NCBI RefSeq assembly: GCF_041146345.1
Contig: NW_027191419.1
Coordinates: 372,001-436,000, forward strand
Source: Neodothiora populina
Taxonomy: Eukaryota
Direction: 5' to 3'
DNA length: 64,000 nucleotides
Part shown: positions 37,095-49,965 of the stretch, one piece after another
How positions within the stretch are numbered: the stretch's first letter is position 1
How the letters are laid out: every line of letters begins with the position of its first letter
Position numbers and translations under genes: made by a program
The notes under the pieces: model-generated
The model's database searches: none
Told to the model about the DNA's origin: nothing
Seen by the model: only the letters and a program-made list of their open reading frames with translations

Positions 37095-38609
37095 ATGCTA
37101 TTCGGAGTCTTTGCTTTCGCGGCCACGGTTGCGGCTAGCCCGCTGGCCGAGTTCGCTAAGAGACACCCTGTCTCTCCTGGTTCTCCTGGTGAGTGACCTG
37201 ACACCCGGATTTTATCTCCGACCCTCGACGCAATGGAGACAGTAACTGACATTTTGATGAAGCCGGTCCATACCTCTCTCCATTCCATCCGGAATTGATC
37301 AAGAAGAGATCCTCGGCCACGTTGCAGAGAACTAACAAAGTCCTGTCTCTGACCCGCAAGGAGAGCAAGAGCGGCTCCAGACTTCTTCGCGCAGCTCGTG
37401 CCGAAAATGCATCATGCGTTGACGGCGACTATGGCATTGCCGAGCTCTCGACCACGGAGGAAGGTCAAGTAAGTCAATTCCACTGCTCACTTCGTTTCTG
37501 ACCATGATTTCTGACCTGGTTCGCAGATCCTGATCACAAGTGTGCAAGTTGGAGACGAGTCATACGAAGCTGTTGTCGATACTGGCAGCAGTGACACTTG
37601 GGTCGTGAGAACTGGCTTCCAGTGCCAGAACCAATTGGGCGGCAACGAGACCGAGGCCTACTGCAAATTCGGCCCATCGTACAACACTTCGTCGACCTTC
37701 ACCCCGATCCCCGATCAAAACTTCAAGATCAGCTATGCGGACGGAGAGGGCCTGACAGGAATCATGGGCTACGAGAAAGTGACGCTCGGCGGTATCACTG
37801 TGTACAACCAGACCATCGGAGTGGTCGACACTGCTGCGTGGAAGGGTGATGGCTCTACTTCGGGACTTATCGGACTCGCATACCCTGCTTTGACATCCGC
37901 ATACAACGGCACTAACGTCACTGCTGACACCCGGGCCTCCAAGGTCGAATACAGCCCGATCTTCACGAGCATGTACAGTCAGGGAAGCGTCGAGTCGCTG
38001 TTCACACTCACACTCGAACGCGGCAATGGCAACAGCACGTTGGCCCTCGGCGGACTTCCTCCTGCAGAGCCCGGCTACGAGAACCTTACCTTTACCAGCG
38101 TCGATATCGAAATCAAGCAGCTGAACCCTGGACAGAACTCGGAGTACAAGACGCATAACTCGTATTACACCATTACCCCTCAGGGGTTCCAGTACCGAAA
38201 TGCATCTCTCATCAGCGGCATTCTTCCTACACGAGAGACGATGAACACAACCTATCCGACAATTGTCGACTCGGGTACATCTCTCATCTACCTACCTCAG
38301 GCTCAGGTGCAGTACATCAACTCTGCGTTCTCGACCCCTAGTGTCTACGACGAAGAATACGGCTACGACACGATTCCATGCAACGCCACCGCACCCGAGT
38401 TCGGCGTAGTGATTGGAGGCAACACTTTCCCCATCAACGCCGAGGACATGATCCTGGACCTTGGACTGGAGGATGGCATGTGTGTCAGCGGTGTGCAGAA
38501 CGGTGGCGGTGCAGTGAACATCCTGGGCGACGTGTTCCTCCGCAACGTCATCGCCGTATTCGACGTGGGTTCCGCTCAGATGCACTTTGCCCCTCACGCA
38601 TACTATTGA
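37095..38609 (+). CDS. Secreted pepsin-family (A1) aspartic protease; 2 introns
   Basis: Signal peptide MLFGVFAFAATVAAS, KR sites in the propeptide, catalytic motifs VVDTGSSDTW and IVDSGTS, flap ISYADG, ILGDVFLRN. Confidence 0.93.
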
Positions 38610-39076
38610 TTCGTGATGTGAGCAACACGAGACGGACAGGGATCAGGTGCATATGCAAAGGCAGTCCAGAGGAAAAAGTGGAGTTCAGTGTGCACCCTGG
38701 AGGTGGACTGATATCCGACAACACTTCATGTAACATCAGCCCGACAGGGTCATCTGCCAAAGCAGCAGTGACTCTGGTGTCCAGAGGACAAAGATAGGAC
38801 TTTTTCTAACAACAGCGTTTTTGCTTTTTGACTAGACGAAATGAAAAATGATTACAGTGACAAGTACCTTACAGAGCACCTGCACGTAGGAAACAGGAGG
38901 CGGAGTGGAAGAGAGCAAGGGCTTGGCAAATGACTCGTGCGCGACTCAACCCCCGGACTTTTTTGACAGTTAGCGTCGGTCTCAGGTAGAAACTTCGAAG
39001 GACGCTGAAGAAATATTTCTTGACAATTCCCAAGCATCAAGCAATTATACCCAACCACGTTTTATTAGAACTCAAG

Positions 39077-41060
39077 ATGAAGCGTAAATTGAACGAGAAC
39101 GATGTGCCGGAGCCGACGTCCGAGACGGTGAAATCGACCAAGAAAACAGCCGTGACTTTCGCAGAACTCGGCCTCGATTCGAGGATTTTACAGGCAATCA
39201 CGGGCGAGAAGTTCGCTGCGCCCACGCCTGTGCAGGCAAGAGCGATTCCTCTTGCCTTGTCTGGAAGGGACATTCTAGGTAGGCTGCTTTGCTGTCATTC
39301 TTTCCTTCTTTTCTCGACTGACTTTCTTTCTGCTCTCAGCTCGCGCAAAGACAGGTTCAGGCAAGACGGCGGCATATGTCCTTCCTGTTCTTCAATCCAT
39401 TCTTCATCGCAAATCCAGCGCCTCTGCGTCCAGCAGCAAGGCGACCTCGGCTCTCATCCTCGTTCCCACCCGTGAGCTTGCTGGCCAAGTCACCAAAGTC
39501 ATCCACTCCTTTTCGGCCTTTTGCGGCCAAGCCATCCGCGTAGAAAACCTCACCCGCAAGGAAGACGACAAGGTCCAGCGCGCCCGTCTGCTCGATGTGC
39601 CCGACATTGTGGTTGCCACTCCTGGTCGAGCAAACATTCTGGTCAACACCGAAGCCCTGAAGTTGGACCAGCTCGCACACTTGGTCATTGACGAGGCCGA
39701 TCTCGTGCTCTCCTACGGCCACGATGAGGATCTACAACAGCTCGCCAAGTCGATTCCCCAGGGCGTTCAGACGTTCCTCATGTCCGCCACTCTCAAGACC
39801 GACATTGACACGCTGAAGGGCATGTTCTGCAAGGATCCCACGATATTGGAGATGGATGAGGAAGAGCAGGACACGGGCAGGTTGGATCAGTACGTCGTCA
39901 AGTGTGGAGAGGACGAGAAGTTCCTGCTCATTTACGCCATCTTCAAGCTCCAGCTTGTCAAGGGCAAATGCATTGTTTTCGTCGACAACATTGACCGATG
40001 CTACCGTCTCAAGCTGTTCCTCGAGCAATTCGGCGTCAAGAGCTGCATCCTCAATTCAGAGCTGCCCGTCAACTCGAGAATCCATGTCGTCGAAGAGTTC
40101 AACAGAAACGTCTACGACATCATCATTGCCAGCGACGAAAACGAGGTCGTTGGCAGCGAAGAGAAGAGCAGGAAGCGCAGGAAGGTCGAGGAAGTAGAAG
40201 AGGACGAAGAGGAGGCTGGAGCGAGCAAAGAAGACGAGGAGCAGGGGGACAAAGCCAGCAAAGAAGACGTCAACGGAGACAACGAGGCAACCGCCGACGC
40301 AGACGAGAGCGCCGAAGTGACAGCAGCGCCGAGGAGGAAGCAGAAGAAGGCCAGACTCGACAAGGAGTACGGCATATCGAGAGGCATCGACTTCAAAAAC
40401 GTCGCCTGCGTCCTCAACTTCGACCTACCCACAACCTCCAAATCATACACTCACCGCGTCGGCCGGACAGCACGCGCCGGCAAGACTGGCATGGCTCTGT
40501 CGTTCGTCGTCATCAAAGAACTCTACCGCAAGCACAAACCCACCAGCATCCCCAGCGCCGAGCACGACGAGGAAGTCCTCGCCAAGATCACCAAGCACCA
40601 ACTCAAAAAGGGCCAGGAGGTGCAACCGTACCACTTCGACATGAAGCGACTAGACGGCTTCCGCTACCGCATGACCGACGCTCTGAGATCCGTCACCCGC
40701 ATCGCCATCCGCGAAGCCCGCACGCGCGAGATCCGCCAAGAGCTGCTCAAGAGCGAGAAACTCAAGCGCCACTTCGAGGAAAACCCCACCGATCTCCAGC
40801 ATCTGCGTCACGACCAGGAGTCGCACGCCGTCAGGGTGCAGCCCCATCTCAAGCACGTGCCCGACTACCTGCTGCCCGGCGGCAAACAGGGCGTCGCGCA
40901 GACCGACTCCGCCATGGTCGGCTTCGGCAAGACGAGCGAGAACCGCATCAGGAGGGCCAGAGTGCAGAATAGAATCAAGGGCAGAGGGGGCAGGAAGCCT
41001 GGTGTCGGAGGGAAGAAGGTGGATCCGCTGAAGTCGCTCAATGCTAAACGCAGCAAGTAG
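39077..41060 (+). CDS. DBP9: DEAD-box ATP-dependent RNA helicase (60S biogenesis); intron 39279-39339
   Basis: MKRKL start, Q-motif [62 protein letters not shown]. Confidence 0.95.
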
Positions 41061-41228
41061 GGTGAATGAGGCCCAAAGCGATGAAGGCCGTTTCTTATCC
41101 CATAGATCAAGGTAGCTATTCCTCACTGCACTGTGAACCACACCACCCACTTTCACTCACTTGTCCACATCTCTTCTTAAACCCGTACATTCGCACCCAT
41201 GCTCTACAGGCAAGTCACCGGAGAACTA

Positions 41229-41360
41229 GTCCTGCGCGGACGGCGCCACTGCGTGGAGCCCTCTCTTCATCAAAGTACAGTAAAGCAAGGTAGAGGTAAA
41301 CAGAGCGAAAGGTCGAATGTCCTGCGCGGACAGCGCTACTGCGTGGAGCCATCTTTCTTC
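41229..41360. repeat. Two-copy 40-bp imperfect direct repeat, period 90
   Basis: gtcctgcgcggacggcgccactgcgtggagcc at 41229 and gtcctgcgcggacagcgctactgcgtggagcc at 41319 (30/32 identical). Confidence 0.9.
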
Positions 41361-41667
41361 CCCCTTTGATGGTGGTTGTCGCGCTGTTGTCAACTGTTCG
41401 AGTGGGTCGTCATGTGGCTGATACATGTTGTTCTATGCATATCTGACGTGCTCGAAGATGAGTCTGGTGTCCGTCTGCTCCAGACATTGATGCGTCAGCT
41501 GCTGCTGCTGCATGGATGTCACCTGTCCCAGATCATCATGATCCCGCAAAAGGGGCGAAGTACCAAGCGCACAAAACGACAGGACGAAACAGCAAGGCAA
41601 CAGCTTTATTTCCTTGCGCGCAAGCCTACAAACATCAAGAAGCGAAGAAATACACGGCGCGAAAACC

Positions 41668-42418
41668 CTAAGCCTTCTCGTGCCTCCCGTCATCCCCATC
41701 CTTATACGGGCCACCACTCTCCAGCACTCGTCCCTGGCTCTCGTTTTCCTTCTTCGAGACCCGACTCCACGCCGGCGCCTCGTCCTTACCGCTCTCCTCC
41801 TCCTCGTCGCCCTCTTCTTTCGTCTGGTGCACGCTCTGCGGGTCATGTTCGGCGGGCGAATACACCGTCACGAGCTCGAGAGGGGATGAAGCCGAAGTAT
41901 TGAGGAACTGATGCTGCGTGCCAGCAGGCACTATGACGACGTCTGAGGCTTTGATTTTCTGGCGTACGTCGTTGCTCTGTTAGCTCCCTGGCGCGCTAGG
42001 TTATGGTATGGAGAAAGAAGGGGATTTTTACCTGTTCTTTCCCGGCGACGATGGCCAGCCCCTCCCCGGAAGTGAAGATGAGTACCTGGTCCACGAGATG
42101 CACTTCGTCCCCGATCTCGCCGTTGGGCGGAATCTCCATCGTCACCAGCTGCGAGTAGAGCCCTGTGTGCATGACTTTGCGGAAGACGCCGAACGATCGC
42201 ACCGTCGAGGTTAGGCCTGGGAAGTAGACCATTGAGTGTGGCGGTGGAGTGGTGGGCATTTTTGCGTCTTTGGACATTTTGGGGGGTGTGGTGCTTAGGG
42301 GCCGGAGTGTTTGTCTTGCGGTTCTTGCTGATGCGTATGAGAATGAGGACAGAGGTTGGAGGATGCGACGAGTTGGAATGGTTTGTTTGAGGCCTTGGAT
42401 GGCGCGAGTGGAAAGCAT
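41668..42418 (-). CDS. Single-domain RmlC-like cupin with a putative mitochondrial presequence; intron 41959-42031
   Basis: FRKVMHTGLYSQLVTM, GEIGDEVHLVDQVL, VIVPAGTQHQFLN, TVYSPAEH. Second in-frame ATG at 42277. Confidence 0.88.
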
Positions 42419-43106
42419 TGAGATGGAGTGAGAGGGGGATTGAACAATAGTAGAGATATAAGAAGGAATGTCACGAGATAGATACTTATTGATTTGTCTT
42501 CGAAGAGCTATCCTGGTGATGCAGCAACGAGTAACAGTAGAGCGGTAGTGTACGAGTAATCGAGCTACGCAAGCGTACTAGATCTGTTTCAGTGATGATG
42601 AGGTGAGATATCTTGGTTGCCGGTTTTACGCTACCTCACCTTACCCCTACCTCGCCATCACCCCATGACATTATACTTTGTAATGGGGGGTTCACGAAAG
42701 GCACTGCAGAAGTCAAGGCAAGGTCCACAGTCCTGAGATTCGGGACGCAAGTAATGACGTTCGACCGGGGTAAGCTTATGTGGGGGATAAGGTCATCGTC
42801 CCGTACCCTCGATTCATGAAATGCCATTTTGATGAGTGGTTTCTCGGACTTTGTTCGCGCGAGAGTCGCGCCATTGTGCACTGTGTTGATTTGCAAGGGA
42901 CAGAGAGAGTTGCATGACGATGAACCGCATATCTTCTCCCTCTCCTTCCTCGGCATGGTATCATGTCTACACAATCGACTGATTGCAAGGCCTTTCTGGA
43001 ACAATGTCCGGGTCAATGGCTCGATAAAGCAAAAGATCAAAATAAGGCTATGTTGATACAGTCAATGGAATATGGGTATAAGCCTGGGCGACAAAAATCA
43101 AGCGCT

Positions 43107-44713
43107 CTACTGCGCACCTAGCATAGCTGCAACATCCGAGTCAATGCCGACTCCCTCGTTTCCTCCGAAGATGTCATCGTCCATGTCGGAAGGCTTGTGG
43201 CTCGTTTTCCTCCGCTTTAATCTGGGATCCGCAGGCGCATCTGCAGATTGAGCACTTGATGTCCGGACAGGGTGCGGTGGTGCAGCCAGGGTCTTCAGCA
43301 GTGCCTCGACGTCAGGCGTAGCGGCATTGGCTTGCATAGCCGGTGGTGGCTCAAAGGCTGGCGGTGGCTCATTGTAGGAGGGATGTTGCTCTTGAACAGG
43401 GTCAGGCATATACGAGTCCTGTTCCGGGAAATCTTGGCCGTACGCTCTGTCGTCGGCAGGATAGCTAGGCTCAGGTCTGGGAGAAGCGGTCGGTGCGAAC
43501 GTCTCTACGTCAGGGGGCGGAGGGGTGAAGGCCTCCATTTCAGGACTCGTGTCCGCGCTGTTGTTGCCCTCGGAACCATTGGATTGACCAGGAAGAGGAG
43601 CGTTGAAGGTCCCGGCGGATAAGCCGCGCATGATGCCATCCTCGACCTCTTTCTTCTTGGATTCGGTGGTGCAGCGACGGGTGGACAGCTCGGTGGCGGT
43701 ATTCTGATCTTCTGCCAGCTTCGTCGTGTTGTCATCCAAAAGCTTCTCCAGAGCAGTGATGAGCTCTTGTCTGGCCTTGATGCTGTCGTTCACCGCTCCC
43801 TCTGCACTGGCAAGGTTCTTCAACAGCGTAGACAAACGGGCGGCATGGACAGGGGGAGTGGGTACTGGAAATGCAGGATCCGTCATCTTGGTGTATTCGG
43901 TGCTGGCGGTGCTGAGAAGAGGGCGCATGGCTGATTCTGCGCGAGCGATGTTGTTCTGTGGTTGCACCAGCGGTTGGAGCTCTGAAGGCACAGAAGACGT
44001 AGATCCGAATAGAGAGCCACCTAGACGGGCTCCAGCGGGACGGGCAGAGGAGCGCGACTTGTCAATGTCGTCGATTCGCTTCTCGACAGCATCCTGAATG
44101 GCAGTCTCGAAGATGCCCCGTTGTCTCCACACCTCGACGACACGCCTGATCTTGAGTTGGACCTCCTGGGTAGAGCCTTTGTAGGCAGTTGCAGCCGCAT
44201 CGGCGATGATCTGCAAGGATTAGCGAACAGACTCGCAATGCAGCGTCTCAGAAGTGCATGACATACTGGGCTAAAGGCAAGCAGAAAGTCTTCCTTCTTG
44301 CGCGCTTTCGACTGCTGGACTACTTCTGTTCCGTGTCAGCAAGCATACGGAAGAGATATATTGTCGATCAAGACTATTCCCCGTACCATTCGCGAGATAT
44401 ATGAGATTCAGCTTTTTGCTGGTGTTTGACTCTTTGAGTCTCTCAAGCCAGAGCTCGGCAGTGCGATCTGCATGTCTCCTGCGAGCAGAGATGTGTGGTC
44501 AGCGGCAATGATATTGTGGTTATATCGACAACAGCAAGCTCTTGGCGCGTTTCGCGGAGGAGAAGGCGGGAGAGCTTTGGCTAAAAGTACAGGTGAGGTA
44601 GACATGATCACTCACCTATGGAACATGACCCATTGCGCAACACTGACAATACTGTCCTGAGTCTCGTTGAGAGCAGACAGCTTTGCTCTGACGCCGTCGT
44701 CTGCGTAGGCCAT
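43107..44713 (-). CDS. RTT103: RNA pol II CTD-interacting (CID/RPR) domain protein; 3 introns
   Basis: Spliced KLSALNETQDSIVSVAQWVMFHR|RHAD...KKLNLIYLANE|VVQQSK...RRVVEVWRQR, followed by a coiled coil. Confidence 0.88.
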
Positions 44714-45139
44714 GACTCTCTAGATGGAATTATCCTGGTGATGGTGGATGATCAGCGAACACAAGATAGATAGACCCTGCTGGCAAAGGTGCAGTAACGC
44801 GGAGAGAGAGAGTGGACTCTACTCACGCGGAGCGGGGCGGAGCGCACGGCCGCGGAGCTGTAGCTTGGCAGGAACGTACCCTAGCAACAACAGGGCAGGT
44901 GCATGTGTGTCCCATACATACTTTACCTTAGCCAGATGCCACTCAGTGTGATACAGACATACAGCGATTCAATTACATACATTTCCAATTCCTTGTGTCT
45001 CCACTTGTCTGATTGCTTGTCGCTTCACAACCGAGGTTACGCAACTCGTGAAGTCTGTCGACAGCCGATCTGGGCGCATCCCTTCTTGCCAACCACGACA
45101 CCTCAATCATAGCACATAGACACATACACACACCTCAGC

Positions 45140-46052
45140 ATGGCCGACAGATTCCCGTCACTCGAGGACATTGATGCCGGTAAGGACACAACTGTGTCAT
45201 GTATGCGACAGCGACAGCGACAGCGACCCTCTCGTTGCTGACCTCTACCCTCTGCCAGGCAACACCGAAGTTCAGGGCGACGCCAACTTCGACGCCTTAG
45301 AATCCACCGAACCCTCCGACTTTCTCTCCCGCGAGCGCGCCATCCTCGGCGACGACGCAGACCAGTTCAGCGGTCCAGCAGACAACAGCGCCACTGTCCA
45401 AGACGGCGACGATGACGACCTACTCGGCGGCGGCGACGACTTCCAATCAGCTCCTGCCGCACAGTCAATGGGGGAAAGGGACATGGGAGACTTTGAGTCA
45501 AGCTTCCCAGTAATCGACACAGGCAACGAGGTATGTTCTGCCCTGTTTCTCTTTGCTTATCGATCGAGAAAAAGACTGACTCTGTATGCCAACCCACAGG
45601 CAGTAGCACCGGGCGGCACAATCACCGGCTCCGCGCTCCCCATCAACCCCTCGTTCCAACAAGCCTCGTTCGCCGACGAGGAAGAGCCCGGCGTCATCCG
45701 CGAATGGCGCGAGCGCCGCGACCTGGCCATCCAGCACCGCGACGAGGTCTCGGCGAACCGCAAGGCCGAGACGGTCAAGGCCGCCCAGCAGGCCATCGAC
45801 GACTTCTACGAAAACTACAACAACAAAAAGGACAAGACGCTCGCCCAGACACGGAAGGACGCCGACGAGTTCCTCGCCAAGCGCGAGGACACCACTGCCG
45901 GAGGCACCAGCTGGGAGAGGATAGCCAAGCTCGTCGATCTCAGCGGCAAGGGCGTCGGCGGCGGTGCCCAGGGTACCGGCAAGGCCAGGTTCAGGGAGAT
46001 GTTGATCAGTCTGCGCAAGGACGAGAACGCTCCCGGAGCCTCTGGCGTTTAG
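45140..46052 (+). CDS. CLC1: Clathrin light chain; 2 introns
   Basis: MADRFPSLED, DFLSRERAILGDDA, FESSFP, IREWRE, IDDFYENYN, GTSWERIAKLVD, PGASG. Confidence 0.95.
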
Positions 46053-46782
46053 ATTTTCGTTTCTATCCACCCGCACAGGGATACAGAAAGGAAAGAGAGA
46101 GAGAGGACGTCTGTTCCCCAGGAGAGATCTCAGTGTAGCGAGAAAAAGAAAAGGAAAGAGAGCGGAATCCATACCCATTCGCGTCCTGCTTCTTCTTCTA
46201 CTCGCACACAACTCTCCTCTCCGTCGGACTTTAGACAAGGCGTGGCTTGGGAAAGCTCGTGGTTTCTGTAAAACCATGAAAACCACATTCAATTAATTCT
46301 ATACGAAACGCACTGCCGAATACATGTTCTATTTCCTTCCTGCCTCATTCTTTTCCTTCTTCTGGTTGAGAAACTTGAACATTCCCTATGAGGGGCAACA
46401 GAAGAGTAAGAAACAGAAGTGATACCGAGCAGAGCAGAGCAGAACTGTATTGTATAAGATCATGTTACATGCGTAAATAAGTATATACTGCAGACAAACT
46501 CCAGAACGAAGCTCCCTTGTTCCTCCTTCATCCTCCCTTCCGCCTTCAGAGGTCCGTGTGAGCCCACCTGCCATCATCTATGTTGCTTCATCTTCCTTTT
46601 GCCTTCCTTTAGTCCTGTCGGGCTTGACGCCTCTTTTATGATTCGGATCTACCAGGATATTAAAGAGAAAACATGCAAGATGAAAGATAAGAGAGAGAAG
46701 AGAGGTATTTTGGTGTGAACAACAAGTAGAGAAGCGGAGAAAAAGAGATAGAATACCCCTTTCTATGCACACGAAACACCAT

Positions 46783-49250
46783 TTACCGGATACCGCTGCT
46801 CCTGTCGTCGGGCTGGACTCTTTCGGCAACAGCCTCGGCCTTGGTGATGTCGTCTTTCCTTTCCGTGCTTCCTTCTTCCTCCATCAGATCCTGTCCTTCG
46901 GCGTCGTGCTCCAGTACGTATTCCATTTCTTCTTCTTCCGTCACCGCGGGACCTCTCTCGCGCGATCTCGTCTCGTTGCCCGAAAGCTGCCACTCCATCA
47001 GCTTCTTGAAGGCGCCTTCTTTCTTGTTGCTCAGCTCCGTAAAGGTGCCTGTCTCGGCGACTCGGCCGTCGTTGCCGATGCATATGATCGTGTCTGATCG
47101 CTTGATGGTCGAGAGACGATGGGCGATTGATATCGTCGTGTTGTTGCCTTCCAGTAGAGAATTCAGGGCTTCGTTCACGAGCGTCTCGGACTCCGCGTCT
47201 AGAGCACTGGTGGCTTCGTCGAGGATGAGAATGTCTGGGTTTTTGAGCAGGGCACGTGCGATTGCCAAACGTTGCTTCTGTCCTCCCGAGAGCTGGGTGC
47301 CTCTAGCTCCTACGTGAGTCTCAAGACCATCGGGCTACAGATAGTTAGTTCTCCGAAAACAAAGAATGCGTCACACAGGCAACTTACAAAGTCGGAGATG
47401 AAGGTGCAATTGGCTTTCCTCGCTGCTGCGACAATTTCCGTCTTGGTGGCCAACGGACGTCCGTACGAAATGTTCTCAGCAATAGTACCCGAGAAGAGCA
47501 CCGGCTCCTGCCCGACATAACCAATCTTTCTCCTCAGTGCCTTGGCATTCATGTCGGCAATGTTTCGGTCTCCGATCAAAATCGTACCACTGGTAGGAGA
47601 GTAGAAGCGCATGATCAGACTTGCAACGGTGGACTTGCCGGCGCCGGAGGGAGCGACGATGGCAACGTTGGTGCCCTGCTTGATGGTGAAATCTAGGTCG
47701 TTGAAGATAGTGACTGCCGGACGAGTAGGATAGCTAAAGTTGACCTTTTGGAAATGAATGTCTCCACGAGCGCTCTTGACTGGCTCTCCCTTGGTCGGAC
47801 TGATGGTCGGCTTCCGGTCCTGTAACTCAAACAGTCGAGTGGCCGCACCGACACCCTTCATAAGCTCGGAATAAAATGACGAAAGACCGAAGAGGGAGGA
47901 TCCAGCGTAGGCCGTGTACATCAAGAAACTGGTCAGATCTCCGAGGGTGATGGCACCCGACTTGACCATACTGCTACCGAAATACAACAAGGCCAGGAAG
48001 GTCATGTTACCCATGAAACCGGAGGAGCTGAAGAATATCGCACTAATGTATGCTTCTTTTTTTCCGAGGTCAAAGATGGTTCGCACCTGGGTGTTATACC
48101 GGTGGACTTCCTGCTGCTCACCAGCAAATGCCTGCGAGGTGCGGACATTGCTGAGACGCTCCTCTGCGATCTTGGTCAGGGTACCGAGGTTCTTCTGGAT
48201 ACGTCTCGAGAGGTTGCGGATTGCACGACCGTAGACGAATGCTCCAATGGCGACGGGTGGGAACATCAGTGCCAGGATGCCTGTGAGCTGCAGACTGACA
48301 TAACTCATCAGTCCGAATCCGGCTACGGCAGAAACCAGCGATCGAAGACCATCTGAAACATTCTGGGTGATGCTCTTGCCCACAATGATGGTGTCAGAGC
48401 CGAGTCGCGAGATCAAGTCACCCACACGGTTGGCATCGAAGAACTCGGCGTTCTGCACAAAGGTGCGCCTGAAGAGCTGGGATCGCAGCCTAGTGACAAC
48501 GCGTTCACCAACGATGCGCAGAATGATGATCCTGCCATAATTAGCGGCAGCACCGACAGCCAAGATACTACCAAAGGCGAGATAGAAGGCGGGCACGGTC
48601 AATCCGAAGAGCTTGTCCAAATCAGGATTGGTAGATGAGTCGAGGATCTTGCCTATGAAGTAAGGCAACGACATGGATATGGACGAAGAGATCAGGAGGA
48701 ACATGACAGCCCATGACAGAGTCTTGACTTCGGGACGAGCAATCTTCAGCAGACGCGTGATTTCTCCTTTGCCGCCTTTGCTAGAGCCTTCATGGCTCAG
48801 TTTGGCCGAGAGGTTGAGCTGAGCAGCCTGCGAGGCCTTCTCTGAGCGCTTGAAGGTCTGCGATTCATCCGTCTCTTCTTCCTTGTCCGGGTCGAGTTTG
48901 TCTTTGATCTCGTCCTTGTAGGCGCGTTGTGATGCGAATCGACTCGAAGAAGTGGTAAAAGCGCGGTAAGCCAGAGGTACAACAGACTGATGACGAGGAT
49001 TGACGGCAGTAGCCAGGCCGAATGGTCTGGCGGAAGACAACCCGGAGGCCGACCATAGCGAGACACTAGTCGAAGCAGTCAAGCGGAGCGTGGGCGATGC
49101 TGACCGAGACAGCTGCTTTGGTGAAGCTGAGCTCGATAATCGCTTCGAGCAGGTCCAGGATGATTGTGGTAATTGAGGGAGCAGAGAGCGAGACAAGCAG
49201 GAATTCACGGCATTCACAGCCTTGCCTGCCAACTCGTGTGAGCCGCGCAT
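46783..49250 (-). CDS. MDL1: Mitochondrial half-size ABC transporter (ABCB10/Mdl family); 1 intron near 47337-47387
   Basis: Long Ser/Arg-rich presequence; TMD with [14 protein letters not shown] and [13 protein letters not shown]; Walker [11 protein letters not shown]-loop QEPVLF, signature LSGGQ, Walker [20 protein letters not shown]. Confidence 0.92.
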
Positions 49251-49965
49251 GGCTCAGCGCAGCCTGGATGGACGGACTTCTTCTTGTCCTGGATTTGGAT
49301 GTGTCTCTTGAGTCTACCGTGTGCTTTGGATCGATAGGGAGATGGCCATGCCGGGGAGCGGTAGGTTGACAGAAGTGAGCGTAGTATGGCTGGACAGCAG
49401 CTGTGTTCCGCTATCGGACAATTTGGTCGACTGTCACAGCCGGATTGGAGTTCTTCGTTTGGGATGAGAAGAAGCACAGTGTTTGTCGTGCACAGGATCA
49501 GTGTCGCTCTGTTGCGGTCTTCAGAAAGACAGCTCGGGTCGCAGTGACTTCCTTTCTTACACACTGCCTGCCGTACCTGCCTAAAGTAACTTGCACCAGC
49601 GAGATGGTGACGGTATAATTTGGCTTCCGTCGTTTGCGTCGACATTAGGGTGCGGTCAGTGCTCAAACCGCGGCTCCTTGTGCTTTGTGCTTGTATCCGC
49701 ACAGCACCTTCCGTCCGCTGCTGTGCTTTCCTAATTGTCCAGTACAATCAAGCACAGCTCGCACGGACTTTGTACATGTTTCCATACCCCTCCATCCTCG
49801 ACTATCCACTGCCTTTTGTCTTCGATACAACAAAGCACATAACTTCTGCGAAACTCAATCTTGTGAATCTTCACATCAATAGAAGGGAATAATCTACACT
49901 AGACCATCCAGACCCGATCGCTTCTCTCCCCTCTGCAAGTTTGTATTCTCGGGTATCAAAGCACA

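Noticed and set aside
39998..40972. Long alternative-frame and antisense ORFs over DBP9 (also over CLC1 and the xylanase)
   Set aside because: Arg/Pro-rich shadow frames expected from high-GC3 coding sequence.
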